This document shows positions 1 through 12,633 of a stretch of DNA of 64,000 nt, in pieces. Each line of letters begins with the position of its first letter. The first letter of the stretch is position 1. The stretch comes from Octopus vulgaris (lineage: Eukaryota): the NCBI GenBank assembly GCA_951406725.2, contig OX597836.1:35650001-35714000 (forward strand), given 5' to 3'. A program made the position numbers and the translations under genes. The notes below the pieces were generated by a model. It made no database searches. It was given only the letters and a program-made list of their open reading frames with translations, and was not told the origin of the DNA.

Positions 1-913
1 GTTGACTTTAGCGAGCACTGACACCAATCAACTAAATTCTGCCAAGAAGGAAGCCTCTATGTCGATGTTCGATCGATCTGAAAGCGTAATGAAAACTCTC
101 TGAAATCACGACTTAACTGGGTTTTTAAAAAAATTTCCATGTTGAATTGCATTACATAATAGATAGTCATGTCTTTTGAATTCATCGATGCCTTTCGATT
201 CACTTGTTGTCCACGTATATTTTTTAGAATGATAATGCCAGTTAATCTTCAAGATGCCAGCTTTTAATTGATTAAACCTCACTGGATAAAACCTGATTTA
301 GAAATCCTTGCAGGAATGTCAAGCATACATAGCTAGTAAGACATGTCATGTACATCAGCCATTTATCATCAATATGGGATTGCATTTATGCATTAAAGGA
401 ATAACAATGAGGTATTTTATATCCATGTCGTGAACGAACGAAGTCAACTGATGGAAATAATTCAGCCATTTTGAAAAACCTTTTTCTGTGAAGATTTTAT
501 ATATAGTTTGTGCACGTGAATATAAATTATGTAAAAGGCGTTTGCCAGGCTGTCTGATGAAGAAACTTACACATTTATCGAGTTTTGCTGTAGTTCGTTC
601 TGTAAAGAAGAAGCTCCGCAGATATATGGAACAACCATTTTCTACAGCGACACGTTGTTAATCGTACGCTTGTACGCTTACTCTTTTATTCTTTTACTCT
701 TTTACTCGTTTCAGTCTTGTGATTGTGGCCATGCTGGAGCACCGCCTTTAGTCGATCAAATCGACCCCAGGACTTATTCTTTGTAAGCTTAGTACTTATG
801 CTATCGCTCTCCTTTACCGAACCGCTAAGATACGGGGACGTAAACACACCACCAACGGTTGTCAAGCGATGTTGGGGGGACAAACACAGACACACAAACA
901 TATACACACACAC

Positions 914-960
<47 letters not shown>

Positions 961-961
<1 letters not shown>

Positions 962-1183
962 TTTATTTAAAGCAGCAGAAAATTCAACAAAACCTGTTAC
1001 TCTGAGTTTCACGTTACCGTTCGTCGGACAATTTTTGCAAAAACTGTTCGACGAACGGGAACGTGAAACTCAGAGTAATAGGTTTCGTTGAACTTTCTGC
1101 TGCTTTAAATAAAGCATATTACTCTACCACTGGTATCTGAGTACTCTTTTTTCCACCTTGTTTCACATCTATGTGTTTACTCC

Positions 1184-1186
<3 letters not shown>
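961..1186. mobile_element. PLE-like fold-back cassette inside a (TA)n tract
   Basis: 961-1114 is a spacer-less inverted repeat with 77-bp arms centred on TTTTTGCAAAAA, followed by a unique tail; each arm carries a hammerhead-like motif. Confidence 0.7.
994..1031 (-). ncRNA. Hammerhead-like motif with CCGACGA core (mirror copy at 1044-1081 +, TCGACGA)
   Basis: Reads TTGT-CCGACGA-ACG(GTAA)CGT-GAAAC(TCAGA)GTA-ACAG; stems I, II (GNRA loop) and III all pair. Confidence 0.55.
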
Positions 1187-1257
<71 letters not shown>

Positions 1258-1529
1258 CATATATACGACGGGCTTTGGTCGGCCCAAGTCTATAGTAGAA
1301 GACACTTGCCCAAGGTGCCACGCAGTGGGACTGAACCCGGAACCATGCGGTTCGTAAGCAAGTTACTTACCTCACAGCCACTCCTACGCTTTATTTAAAT
1401 TCATGCAAGCATATACTGTTTCCGTTATTTAATTAATTGATAATCACTGCCAATGACTATACCAATATGAGAATAAATAAAAATCAACTTTCGTTATTCA
1501 CAGAAATTTTTCGAAAATAGGAATAAGTA

Positions 1530-1663
1530 ATATATACGACGGGTTTTGGTCGGCCCGAGGCTATTGTAGAAGACACTTGCCCAAGGTGCCACGCAGTGGG
1601 AATGAACCCGGAACCATTTGGTTGGTAAGCAAGCTACGTACCACACAGCCACTCCTGCGCCTA
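1530..1663 (-). mobile_element. SINE B, 5' portion
   Basis: Matches the family B head and shares an internal deletion with the neighbouring copy at about 1270. Confidence 0.8.
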
Positions 1664-1818
1664 TGTTAGCAACAGTCAAATTGTAAGCGTATATATCTCT
1701 TTTTCCACGTTCAAGCGTTTAAAAATTTGGTCACAATTGTGAAAATGAAAGGAAGAAACAAAATCGTAATAAAATAACATTGCAATGCAGTTCATACTCT
1801 GATTATATTCGCTATAGG

Positions 1819-2198
1819 TGGAGGCGCAATGGCCCAGTGGTTAGGGCAGCGGACTCCCGGTCGTAGGATCGCGGCTTCGATTCTCAGACTGGGCGTTGTG
1901 AGTGTTTATTGAGCGAAAACACCTAAAAGCTCCACGAGGCTCCGGCAGGGGATGGTGGTGATCCCTGCTGTACTCTTTCACCACAACTTTCTCTCACTCT
2001 TACTTCCTGTTTCTGTTGTACCTGTATTTCAAAGGGCCGGCCTTGTCACTCTCTGTGTCATGCTGAATATCCCCGAGAACTACGTTAAGGGTACACGTGT
2101 CTGTGGAGTGCTCAGCCACTTACACGTTAATTTCACGAGCAGGCTGTTCCGTTGATCGGATCAACCGGAACCCTCGTCGTCGTAACCGACGGAGTGCC
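1819..2198 (+). mobile_element. SINE family A (tRNA-derived), full length
   Basis: A-box TGGCCCAGTGG and B-box-like GCTTCGATTC; TSD ATTATATT(C/T)GCTATA at 1802 and 2208; copies at 9148, 12253, 53479 and 58732. Confidence 0.9.
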
Positions 2199-2601
2199 TC
2201 CATTTCCATTATATTTGCTATATCTCCAAATGTTTTTGCAAATAACTAACCTAGCATTATCATAATTTGTGTCACCTCCCAGCGTGACAGTCATTATGAA
2301 ACGCTAACTTACGATATATTTCTGTAGTGTAAGACAATGTTAAAATTGATTTTCATAATTAGTTTCAAAACGGTTTACTGTCGAAACGCTGCATCATATT
2401 TCAACAAATTAATACAGGATTTATCTTAAACGGCCTTAGCTCTTATCAGTTGAAGAAAATTGAAATTTATATCAATCCTATTCCATTTGATAATATGTGT
2501 GTACCAACATACATACATATATATACATATATACATACATACGTACATATATATATATATATGTATCTATTTATTTATTTATTTATATATTTATTTATTT
2601 T

Positions 2602-2655
<54 letters not shown>

Positions 2656-2980
2656 CGTGCGTGTGCAGATTGCCAATTTATAATTTGTTATCATTTAATT
2701 TCAATCAATCAGTCTTACATTTATCTTCATCCTTTTCAGCTGCAAATATTTAAGGGTATATTGGATCTGTTATTAAAACCATTTGACACATACACACATA
2801 CATACATGCATACATACATACATACATACGTACATACATACATACATATATTCATACATACATACACACACACACATATATATATATATTGCACATATTT
2901 TATATATGTCTATATATAAAATATATATGCATGTATATATACACATACATATATATTTATTCATATATATGTATATGTAT

Positions 2981-3025
<45 letters not shown>

Positions 3026-3163
3026 CATCTATATATATTTACATATACAGAGAAATACACACACACACATATATGTAAGCATATATATATAGATATATAC
3101 ATATACATACATATACATATTGTACCTTACCTATATACATACTCATATATACTTGCGTGTGCT

Positions 3164-3211
<48 letters not shown>

Positions 3212-3219
<8 letters not shown>

Positions 3220-3491
3220 AGAAAGGGACAGGCAAAACAGGTTGCTTGACCGCATACCGAAAATGCCCGGAGTCCAACTTTGATAGAAATAAGCATTCTT
3301 GACTGCTATTTCTATTTTTTCGGTATGCGGTCAAGCAACCTGTTTTGCCTGTCCCTTTTTCTTATATACAATATATATACTGAACTTTACAGAAGTTCCT
3401 GCCGGTAATCGGCTATATTTACATACCGAATTCTACCAGTAAATAATTGGGGTTTTTTTAAAAGCCTTTATAGAAATTATTTACTCTTATC

Positions 3492-3495
<4 letters not shown>
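3212..3495. mobile_element. PLE-like fold-back cassette in (TA)n
   Basis: Inverted repeat 3212-3263 / 3317-3368; the motif TTGACTGCTATTTCTA is shared with the cassette at 61385. Confidence 0.6.
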
Positions 3496-3539
<44 letters not shown>

Positions 3540-4158
3540 CACTTATACTTACATGAATATATACATGAATATCACTCACGCATATATAGAAATACACACA
3601 TTGACACGCATGCACAACGGATATATTAGCATGTGTGTATGAACAAGTGTGTGTGTGTATTATGCGTAAATGTATGCAGTTGTGGAGTTGTGTTCAATGC
3701 ATGTTAACATTAATTTTGCATATTCCAATTTATCTGCATTCTACGGTTTGTAACAATAATACTTGCAGCTACTTTCAATGACAACAGAACTGCATCGGAA
3801 ATGAACGTTTATAATCTGAATTATTTACTGAGGAGATAATCAGAATGTTTATATAAACAACGAGCATATCATATATCTTCGTTTAATTCGATGTAAAATA
3901 CCATCTAGACTTGTTTTGTGTTATATAATCAGCAGAAAAATAATTTGCTTATCAGCATATTGTGTTTTAATAAATTTAATTAATTCTGAAAATCTCTGAA
4001 GGACAATCTGATATTAATATGAAGATTGAAAAGCAAAAATACAACATTTTGTTGAATTTATTCTTCTATTTCTGATCTTATTTGTTATACATTATCTGAA
4101 CGCACTACTGTAAAATTATAGAAATACACGCTGTGATATACATGCATATACACATCCA

Positions 4159-4235
<77 letters not shown>

Positions 4236-4239
4236 TTGT

Positions 4240-4520
4240 AATTTATGGTAAAACAAAAGAGGAAGACAGTTGTATAAACCACAAGCTGCTCAGGAAGGTG
4301 AGAAAGAAGTCTTTTATGTTTCGAACCTAAGCTCCTCTACAGAAAGGAAAACGAGGAAATGGAGAGAGAATAAAGGAAAAAAACAGAGGGAGTATGAAAA
4401 TACTTTTGGGGTTACCGGTCAGTCATGGTGTGTGGTTGGACGCATCTAGTTAGACAGGAGAGCCAGGAAGAAGTAGAAATAAGGCAAGGTGATCCCAAAA
4501 CGAGGGCGCGCGTGTTCGGA
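4240..4520 (-). mobile_element. PLE-like terminal fragment with a decayed hammerhead-like motif (4309-4345)
   Basis: Minus strand reads CTTT-CTGTAGA-GGAGCTTAGGTTC-GAAACATA-AAAG; homologous to 18659-18694; abuts (TA)n. Confidence 0.5.
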
Positions 4521-5018
4521 CTTTCCTTTTCCTCCTGGAGAGTTGCGGTTTAAACAAAATTAACCATTATCACTAATTACGTGTTGATATATTATTCTAG
4601 TTTTTATAACAGGCATGAAGATTTGGCTAATTTGACAGCGCCCACAATATTCGCAAATAGAACTGAAAAAAATTTATTCTGGTTAGAATAACAAATTCGG
4701 TAACTTGGCAAAGTAGAGATCCTTAGAGGCTCTTTCAGCATAATTACAGAAGTGTTATCCCAGTTCTTATAACCAGTTTAAAGATAATGCTTTTTCATTA
4801 GTCCTAGATAATTATCGTATTTCTGCTACGCTATGTTATCAGTGTGAGTATTCAACGCCGGGCAAACGTTTTACTGCATTAGATAGTATTTATTCTACGC
4901 AGTTAAAATGTATAGTAGGTGATGTTTAATTTATTCATGTCTTGCTGTATACATCCTTCAGCAAATGTATAAACTTAATTAACATTCACACCGGCAACTT
5001 GTTGCTTTGTACACACGT

Positions 5019-5432
5019 TACTCTTTACTCTTTTACTCTTTTACTTGTTTCACTCATTTGACTGCGGCCATGCTGGAGCACCGCCTTTAATCGAGCAACT
5101 CGACCCCGGGACTTATTCTTTTTGTAAGCCCAGTACTTATTCTATCGGTCTCTTTTGCCGAACCGCTGAGTAACGGGGACACAAACACACCAGCATCGGT
5201 TGTCAAGCAATGCTAGAGGAGACAAATACAGACACACAAACACACACACATATATATATATATATACATATATACGACGGGCTTCTTTCAGTTTCCGTCT
5301 ACCAAATCCACTCACAAGGCTTTGGTCGGCCGGCGGCTATAGCAGAAGACACTTGCCCAAGGTGCCACGCAGTGGGACTGAACCCGGAACCGTGTGGTTG
5401 GTAATCGGGCTACTTACCACACAGCCACTCCC
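5019..5432 (-). mobile_element. SINE B flanked by a duplication of about 42 bp
   Basis: Family match; TTAATTAACATTCACACC...GTACACAC is repeated at 4975 and 5448. Confidence 0.9.
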
Positions 5433-6210
5433 AATTAATGTTTAAAATTAATTAACATTCACACCGGCAACTTGTTGCTTTGTACACACATTGATCAGCT
5501 TTCCTTTAAAATTTGTAAAGTAATAAATTAGACTTGTATGAAAATAGACGAAATAGACGAAATAGGGCTAGGCATTTCGCCCGGCGCGCTAACGTTTCTA
5601 CCTGCTCGCCACCTTAAACATATCAACCACTTTCTCCATCTGACTTTGAACCACTTCAATATATATAAATTCTACATTGTCTAAAAATCAGATCAACTGT
5701 TCTAATATGTTTTTTTTTTCCCACGTTTTTCTTCCTTTTATTTGATTTCTTTTTCGTTTTTTAGATTTGATACTTTCAGCGGTTATTCTTTTCTATCGAC
5801 TGCTTGATGATTTTTTCTTTTTGTGTGTTGATAAAAATGTAACAAAATTATTTATTACATAACTGAAATCTTACTGCATTTGTATTCAGCATTCAAAAAC
5901 GACCTCTAGTCGCATTTCTTTAAACCATATGCTTAAGTATTGTTGAAATTGCTGTTTTTGTCATTTGGAATCATCCACGAATATGCGACATCCATTTCTA
6001 TAAAGAGTAAGCTGCTCGTATGATTTGCTAAACGTAGTATTATATATTGCTACGATGAATCGCATGTCACAAACATTTGCGAAGAGCTCAATGTGGCTAA
6101 GGTCAAAGCAAAATTTACAGCGGTAGCTGAAAGCGAATGCTGCATGAAGCTAAGCATAGTAGAAGGAAACCCAGTTTGAAATCGGTCAGCGGAGGTACGT
6201 CCTTGCAATT

Positions 6211-6513
6211 AATTTTCTAGCCAGAGTTAGAAATCACATCTCGTCTTTTAAATTACGTCATAAAGCTGGTACCACCACACTTTCAAACAAAATCTGGGAA
6301 CTCAAAAATAATAATAATAATTATAACCTTAATTGGGAAATAGTTAGGAGAGCAATTCCGTATAAAAATAGTAGGGTTGGTTGCCAACTATGCTCCATGG
6401 AGACGTATGAAATTCTAAAGCATAGAAAACATAGAAACTTATTGAATAAACATATCGAACTAGGTCAAGTTTGTGTCCACGCTAAATTGAAGACTTTAAA
6501 ATATTTTAAATGA
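6211..6513 (+). pseudogene. Penelope-like element GIY-YIG endonuclease C-terminus (5'-truncated)
   Basis: Open frame absent from the ORF track: NFLARVRNHISSFK..TTLSNKIWELK..NWEIVRRAIPYK..CQLCSMETYEI..LLNKHIELGQVCVH..*, which matches the PLE EN pattern R..NH..SF / LS..IW.LK / W.I / CxLC..E / LN / CxH. Confidence 0.8.
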
Positions 6514-7970
6514 TTAGAATATTCATAACTAGATAGATAGATATAACTTGATTTCTACTAGTATAGCACTGCTTTAAGTAGATAACTAAGAGTTCTCACA
6601 CTACAGTTATCTTTTTCCTTATATCTGCATCAGTTTTTTGAGAACAGGGAAATGAATAGTACTTATACGCTGCTTAATTGAGGCTTTATTTAATTTCAAA
6701 CTCATAATTTTAAATTCTTAATTTTAAATCTTAATTGTAATTTTTAATTTTAATTCCTAACTTAATCTAATTTAAGTAGCATAACTCTAATAAAATAAAA
6801 TGAGTTACTATAGCCCCATAATTCTATTTCAAAATTAAATAAATAAGGCAACTCCCTCGGTGATAATATGATTATCTTCATTATGATAGACAATCCCCTA
6901 ACACCTTGTAAATGATCTTCTAAGATTTGACCTGTAGTCCGTCAATGTATGAATAATAAAGGCAACTCCTTAAGACAATATAATGAATAAATTAAATAAG
7001 TAAACTTTAATTACTTTTTGATAAGATTACACTTAGATTTTCCTAATGTATTTTCTTTTGATTTTAGCATCTGACCCCTAAACCCCTGACTGTGTTATCT
7101 CTTTAGATTCTCTTTAAATTCATAGCTGATTTCAACAGCAATAAATTAGCTGTTTTACTGGTCAAAGAATAATATTCTCCTCTAGTTCCTAGATGCCTGT
7201 AAATTAAAACCGGACTTGCCGTCTACTAATTCTTCTGTATAACTAGAACCCTCTTTTTTTCTTTTTCTTTTTTCCCTTCTTTCCCTATTTCTTTCTCTTT
7301 TCTCTTTTTTCTTTTTCTTCTTCCTATTCTCTTTTTCCTTTTCTCTTCTCTTTTAGTCCCTCTCCCCCCCTTTTTGCTCCCTCCTCCTTTATTTTCTCTC
7401 TTTTCTTCTATTCCCTTCCCTTTTCTATTCTTGGCCTCTCTAGAAAGCCCTTCAGCCTTTAAAAGTTAAATATCTACAGCCTCTTGTAAATAGCAGTAAT
7501 GTGATTAATGTGGCAAATACCTAATCATATAACAAGAATTGATACCTACCTCATTGTGTTCAACCATTGATAAATTTATCGCCTGTGAATATGAAATTCC
7601 TCTTCATTTCTCTGGAAATTTAGATCTACACCATTGGAAATTGTGCATCTATACAAAGGATTAATTCACCCTCTCTGTAATGCTAATAAGCAGGAATTGA
7701 GACCCACCTCGTTGTGATTAACAATGGATAAATTTGTCGTCTGTGAGTATGTAATCCCTCATCATATCTCTGGAAATTCATATGTGCACTATGGATTAGG
7801 TCACCTTCTCTGTGATGCTATTAAAACTTTTTTAAAATTCTGTGATAAGACTGTACATCATCTTTAAAGAACTTTAATGAACTTTGGAAATCTGTTTATG
7901 TTACTTAATTATCTACATTACTTCATGAGTATAGCCTCAACCAATAGGATGTCTAGAGAACTCACATGTA

Positions 7971-8061
7971 TTTTAGCTGATGAGTACGGGACACGTTTAT
8001 ATGCTGTAATTTTTGCAACTTTTAATAAAGCCTGTCCTTGTATGAAACGATTGTACTAAAA
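7971..8061 (+). ncRNA. Type I hammerhead ribozyme
   Basis: TTTTAG-CTGATGA-GTACGGGACA...TGTCCTTGTAT-GAAAC(GATT)GTA^CTAAAA; 6-bp stem I; GUA cleavage triplet. Confidence 0.75.
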
Positions 8062-8209
8062 ACCTATCCATTCTTGTTGCTTCTTTCTCGCTTATAATCA
8101 CCCCACATTACTGTATTGTTAAAACAGTATAGTTTTTTTTTGGTGCATCTAAGTTAGGTACCATATTCAAGTAAATTCATTTAAATTAACTTGAATCTTT
8201 ATTGCTTTT

Positions 8210-8299
<90 letters not shown>

Positions 8300-8389
8300 T
8301 GAGTGTATTTTACCTTGTTAACAATTTACACGGATAAATGAATGAATAGTTACCAGGGCAGCAAAAACTCCATTTTTTATTCCTATATA

Positions 8390-8421
<32 letters not shown>

Positions 8422-9147
8422 CATACATATATTCATACATACATGCGAGCACACATATATATGCAGAGAGAGAGAGAGAGAAAGGGAGAGAGTGAGAGAA
8501 TGCGTGACGATCTAAAAGTGGTGAACGTTTAAAAAGTTACTAACTTACAAAATACCTGCACAACTCCGTTTATAGCATAATTTCCTACTTTACAATTTAC
8601 AAGTAGAATCCCTGATAGCTTACCAATAACTGCTGAAAGTTCAGTTTTAATTTAGAATTTTTGTCACACACCAGGTTTCTTTTAATGGATGTATAATTGT
8701 TTTAATAGAATGAAGAAATGCTTTTATATCTGTATGATTGCTTGTAAATATTCCATATCAACACGGTAGATTTTAAACGAAAAACTGAAGTTATATAAAT
8801 GAAATTTGTTTACTTAAACTAAGAGAAATATTGTAAAAAGATACTTTAGTTTCCTGCAGAACGGAGACCCCTCAGGCCTTCAGTCTACTTTAGGACATTT
8901 TAAATAGAATTTCCATATCGGTTTTCATATTCTAGAAAAACATCTATTTGAAACATTTTAAAACACGGTGCATATATTATCTCAGGAATAAAACTTTGAA
9001 TTCTACACATTTCACGACCGATACATAACTTTAAATTGATGTTTCACTCTGGTGTATAGATGTACAAACATACTTCTGTTACTTACGTAGCTACAAATTG
9101 TATCATTCATTATCTGTCTGTGTGTTTATACCTATCTCCTTTCTCAG

Positions 9148-9526
9148 TGGAGGCGCAATGGTTCAGTGATTAGGGCAGCGGGCGCGCCGTCGTAAGATCG
9201 CGGTTTCGATTCCTAGATCGGTCGTTGTGAGTGTTTATTGAGCGAAAACACCTAAAGCTCCACGAGGATCCTGCAGGGGACGGAGGTAAACCCTGCTGTG
9301 CTCTTTCACCGCCACTTTCTATCATTCTTTTTTCCTGTTTCTCTTGTACCTGTATTTCGAAGGGCCAGCCTTGGCAAACTCTGTGTCACGCTGAATCTTC
9401 ATGCAAACTACGTTAATGGTACACGTATCAGTGGAGTGCTCAGCTGGTTGCACGTTAATTTCATGATCAGGCTGTTCCATTGATCGGATCAACCAGAACC
9501 CTCGTCGTCGTAACCGACGGAGTGCT
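9148..9526 (+). mobile_element. SINE A (diverged)
   Basis: Family match from GGAGGCGCAATGG to CGACGGAGTGC. Confidence 0.9.
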
Positions 9527-9539
9527 ACGATCACCTGTC

Positions 9540-9542
<3 letters not shown>

Positions 9543-9571
<29 letters not shown>

Positions 9572-9823
9572 CATACATACATACATACATACATACATAC
9601 ATACATACATACATACATACATACATACATACATACATACATACATACATACATACATACATACATACATACATACATACATACATACATACATACATAC
9701 ATACATACATACATACATACATACATACATACATACATACATACATACATACATACATACATACATACATACATACATACATACATACAGACATACAGAC
9801 AGACAGACAGACAGACAGACAGA
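9543..9823. repeat. (ACAT)n tetranucleotide array of about 61 units, followed by (ACAG)n
   Basis: Direct inspection. Confidence 0.95.
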
Positions 9824-9827
9824 CTAG

Positions 9828-10032
9828 AAATTTTGGTACAAGGCATGCAATTTTGGAGGAGAGAACAAGACGATAACAGCGACCCCAGTACTTAACTGAC
9901 ACTTATTTTATCGACCCTGAATGGATGAAAGGCAAGGTGGACCCTGCGCGGAATTTGAACTGAGAACGTGAGGTGAGCGGAAATGCCCGCTAAAATATTC
10001 CTACCGGGGATACTAACGATTCCATCGGCTCC
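9828..10032 (-). mobile_element. SINE C-related, diverged
   Basis: TTTATCGACCC..GGATGAAAGGCAA..GGAATTTGAAC motif. Confidence 0.65.
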
Positions 10033-10346
10033 CTAGCGAAGTTCTTTATGATACTTTTTTCTCCGCTGTAACTCTGTCATTCCCTTATCACTCACGGCTC
10101 ACTGAACGGAAACTATTATTCACTAACTGCGTGTAAAAATAAACACAATTTATTAACATAGCATTATTCTATTCTCCTATTGCATCATATATCTGACCAA
10201 AATCTATCTCTTATCTATGTAACTAATTAATTATTTTCCACTGTGTATCTTTTGCTAATCTTTCAATGCTGCTCTGTAACTCTGTCACAGCCTTTGCTTC
10301 CATGTGCCAAAACAACATTGTGTCTTTCTTAATTCCTTATCAGCGT

Positions 10347-10518
10347 AGGCGTAGGAGTGGCTGTGTGGTAAGTAGCTTGCTTACGAACCACGTGGTTCCG
10401 GGTTCAGTCCCACTACGTGGCACCTTGGGAAAGTGTCTTCTGCTATAGCCTCGGACTGACCAAAGCCTTGTGAGTGGATTTTGTAGACGGAAACTGAAAG
10501 AAGCCCGTCGTATATATG

Positions 10519-10607
<89 letters not shown>

Positions 10608-10802
10608 TTGTGTGTCTGTGTTTGTCCCCCCAACATTGCTTGACAACCGATGCTGGTGTGTTTACGTCGCCGTAACTTAGCGGTTCGGCAAAAGAGACCG
10701 ATAGAATAAGAATAAGTCCCGGGGGTCTATTTGCTCGACTAAAGGCGGTGCTCCAGCATGGCCACAGTCAAATGACTGAAACAAGTAAAAGAGTAAAAGA
10801 GT
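10347..10802 (+). mobile_element. SINE B, full length
   Basis: Family match including the GTAAAAGA tail repeats. Confidence 0.9.
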
Positions 10803-11288
10803 ATCAGATAACACATCTTCCAAGGCGCTCATTCTGTTGTGAACTACATATTTAATTCCTACACTTATCCCTTTTGGTGTCATAATTTGTTGTTCAGACA
10901 TGTTCTCTGGTACATCTGACGAACATTCAGGATATCTTGATATTAAATGTTCATCTTCCCTGTATTACCTATCATCAATCATTAATTTTCCAATCAGAGT
11001 ATATCTCACAAAACTTAAAAAGGATTCCATTCAGCAACACTGGCTGTCATTTCACAAGCGGGATACATTTGCGTTCGATAAGCTTCTCCATCAAGAAACC
11101 GAAAGCCTAAAAACTCTCTGACATTAATTTGACATTTGTATTATAATTTCTGTCACGAATTGTTGTTTTCTGTGGTATTCGCTCTCAACTAACCTCTGAA
11201 GTTGTTGTCACTGATGTCCGTGATGTTCCTGCTTCTTATGTTCTTTTCATTGTAATTGTTGTCATTGTTTTTGCTGCTGCTTAACCCT

Positions 11289-11878
11289 ATCATCATCATC
11301 ATCGTTCGACCGTGGTCGAGATTTTCATAGTCTTTTCAAATGGCTAATAATGTGTGCGCGCACCGCTACTACACACATTGGAAAGCATTGTACAGCCAAG
11401 CACTAAAGAAGGTCTTTTCTCCTCCATGAAACAAAGCTGTTCCCGCTGGACGTCAACCCAGTATTTCTAAGCTACGGACCGAGTGATTTATTGAAAGGTT
11501 ATCTCCCTAGATAGATTGCCTTCACTACGGCTAAGGAGCCCTTTCTACCCACGCAACAAAACACAACCGCACACACATACACGCAACAAATCACCATCAT
11601 CATCATTGTTCGACCGTGGTCGAGACTTTCATAGTCTTTTCAAATGGCTAATAATGTGTGCGCGCGCCACTACTACACACATTGGAAAGCATTGTACAAC
11701 CAAGTACTAAAGAAGATCTTTCCTCCTCCATGAAACAAAGCTGTTCCCGCTGGACGTCAACCCAGTATTTCTAAGCTACCGACCGAGTGATTTATTGTAA
11801 GGTTATCTCCCTAGATAGATTGCCTTCACTACGGCTAAGGAGCCCTTTCTACCCTAAGTCTTTCCTGATCGGGTAGAT
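11289..11878 (-). mobile_element. Two tandem copies of a non-autonomous RTE-tailed element of about 260 bp
   Basis: 11289-11550 and 11595-11853 are near-identical; both end (minus strand) in TCTCGACCACGGTCGAAC(G/A)A(TGA)n, the same 3' end as the RTE LINE at 17061. Confidence 0.75.
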
Positions 11879-12252
11879 GTATAATAAACAGTACAACAAC
11901 CCTATTTCGAATTTGTTAGGCTTATCTATCATCGAATCTGCGGTTTTCTGTAAGAAGTTAGACATCTTTAGAATGAATTTTGTAGATGACTGCCTCAACG
12001 CTTATTATCATGTCATTAATTTACTGCGCTCACAAGACACAGAATTACAGATTTTCTTTTTCCTAAAAAATAAATAAATATATGAAATAAAATTAGAAGT
12101 GGAGTCTTTGATATTTCATCTTTCGTGGACGCCCCTAATACAAACAATTTCAATATTTCTTCTGAAAATAAATAACTGTTAATGACGACAAGCAAATATA
12201 CATTGAATTCGCCCATGTTATGCTATGATTCGTACAGTAATTACATAGGTAT

Positions 12253-12633
12253 GTGGAGGCGCAATGGCCCAGTGGTTAGGGCAGCGGACTCGCGGTCATA
12301 GGATCGCAGTTTCGATTCCCAGACCGGGCGTTGTTAGTGTTTATTGAGTGAAAACACCTAAAGCTCCACGAGGCTCCGGCAGGGGGATGGTGGTGATCCC
12401 GGCTGTACTCTTTCACCACAACTTTCTCTCACTCTTACTTCCTGTTTCTGTTGTACCTGTATTTCAAAGGGCCGGCCTTGTCACTCTCTGTGTCACGCTG
12501 AATATCCCCAAGAACTACGTTAAAGGTACACGTGTCTGTGGAGTGCTCAGCCACTTACACGTTAATTTCACGAGCAGGCTGTTCCGTTGATTCGGATCAA
12601 CCGGAACCCTCGTCGTCGTAACCGATGGAGTGA
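12253..12633 (+). mobile_element. SINE A, full length
   Basis: Family match; TSD ACATA(G/A)GTATGT. Confidence 0.9.

Larger units (their letters stand above)
677..1390 (-). mobile_element. SINE family B (tRNA-like head, CCTTGGGCAAG core, internal (TA)n/(TG)n, CR1-like 3' tail with (GTAAAAGA)n), interrupted by a hairpin cassette
   Basis: Near-identical to more than 12 other copies in the window; the head reads AGGAGTGGCTGTG..GGTTCCGGGTTCAGTCCC on the minus strand. Confidence 0.85.
6211..8210 (+). mobile_element. 5'-truncated Penelope-like retroelement with a 3' region of about 1.7 kb ending in (TA)n
   Basis: EN fragment, then AT-rich UTR, polypyrimidine tract (7250-7440), diverged tandem duplication of about 157 bp (7534-7825), hammerhead, and (TA)n at 8211. 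Confidence 0.7.

Noticed and set aside
551-575. CTGATGA-A-GAAAC hammerhead-like string
   Set aside because: No stem II and no cleavage triplet or stem I pairing
1819-1895. tRNA gene
   Set aside because: It is the tRNA-like head of a multi-copy SINE with TSDs; no complete cloverleaf is evident
6510-6545. SECIS element after the PLE ORF
   Set aside because: ATGA..GA is present but there is no proper 11-12 bp stem with apical AA, and the visible Cys codons are TGC/TGT
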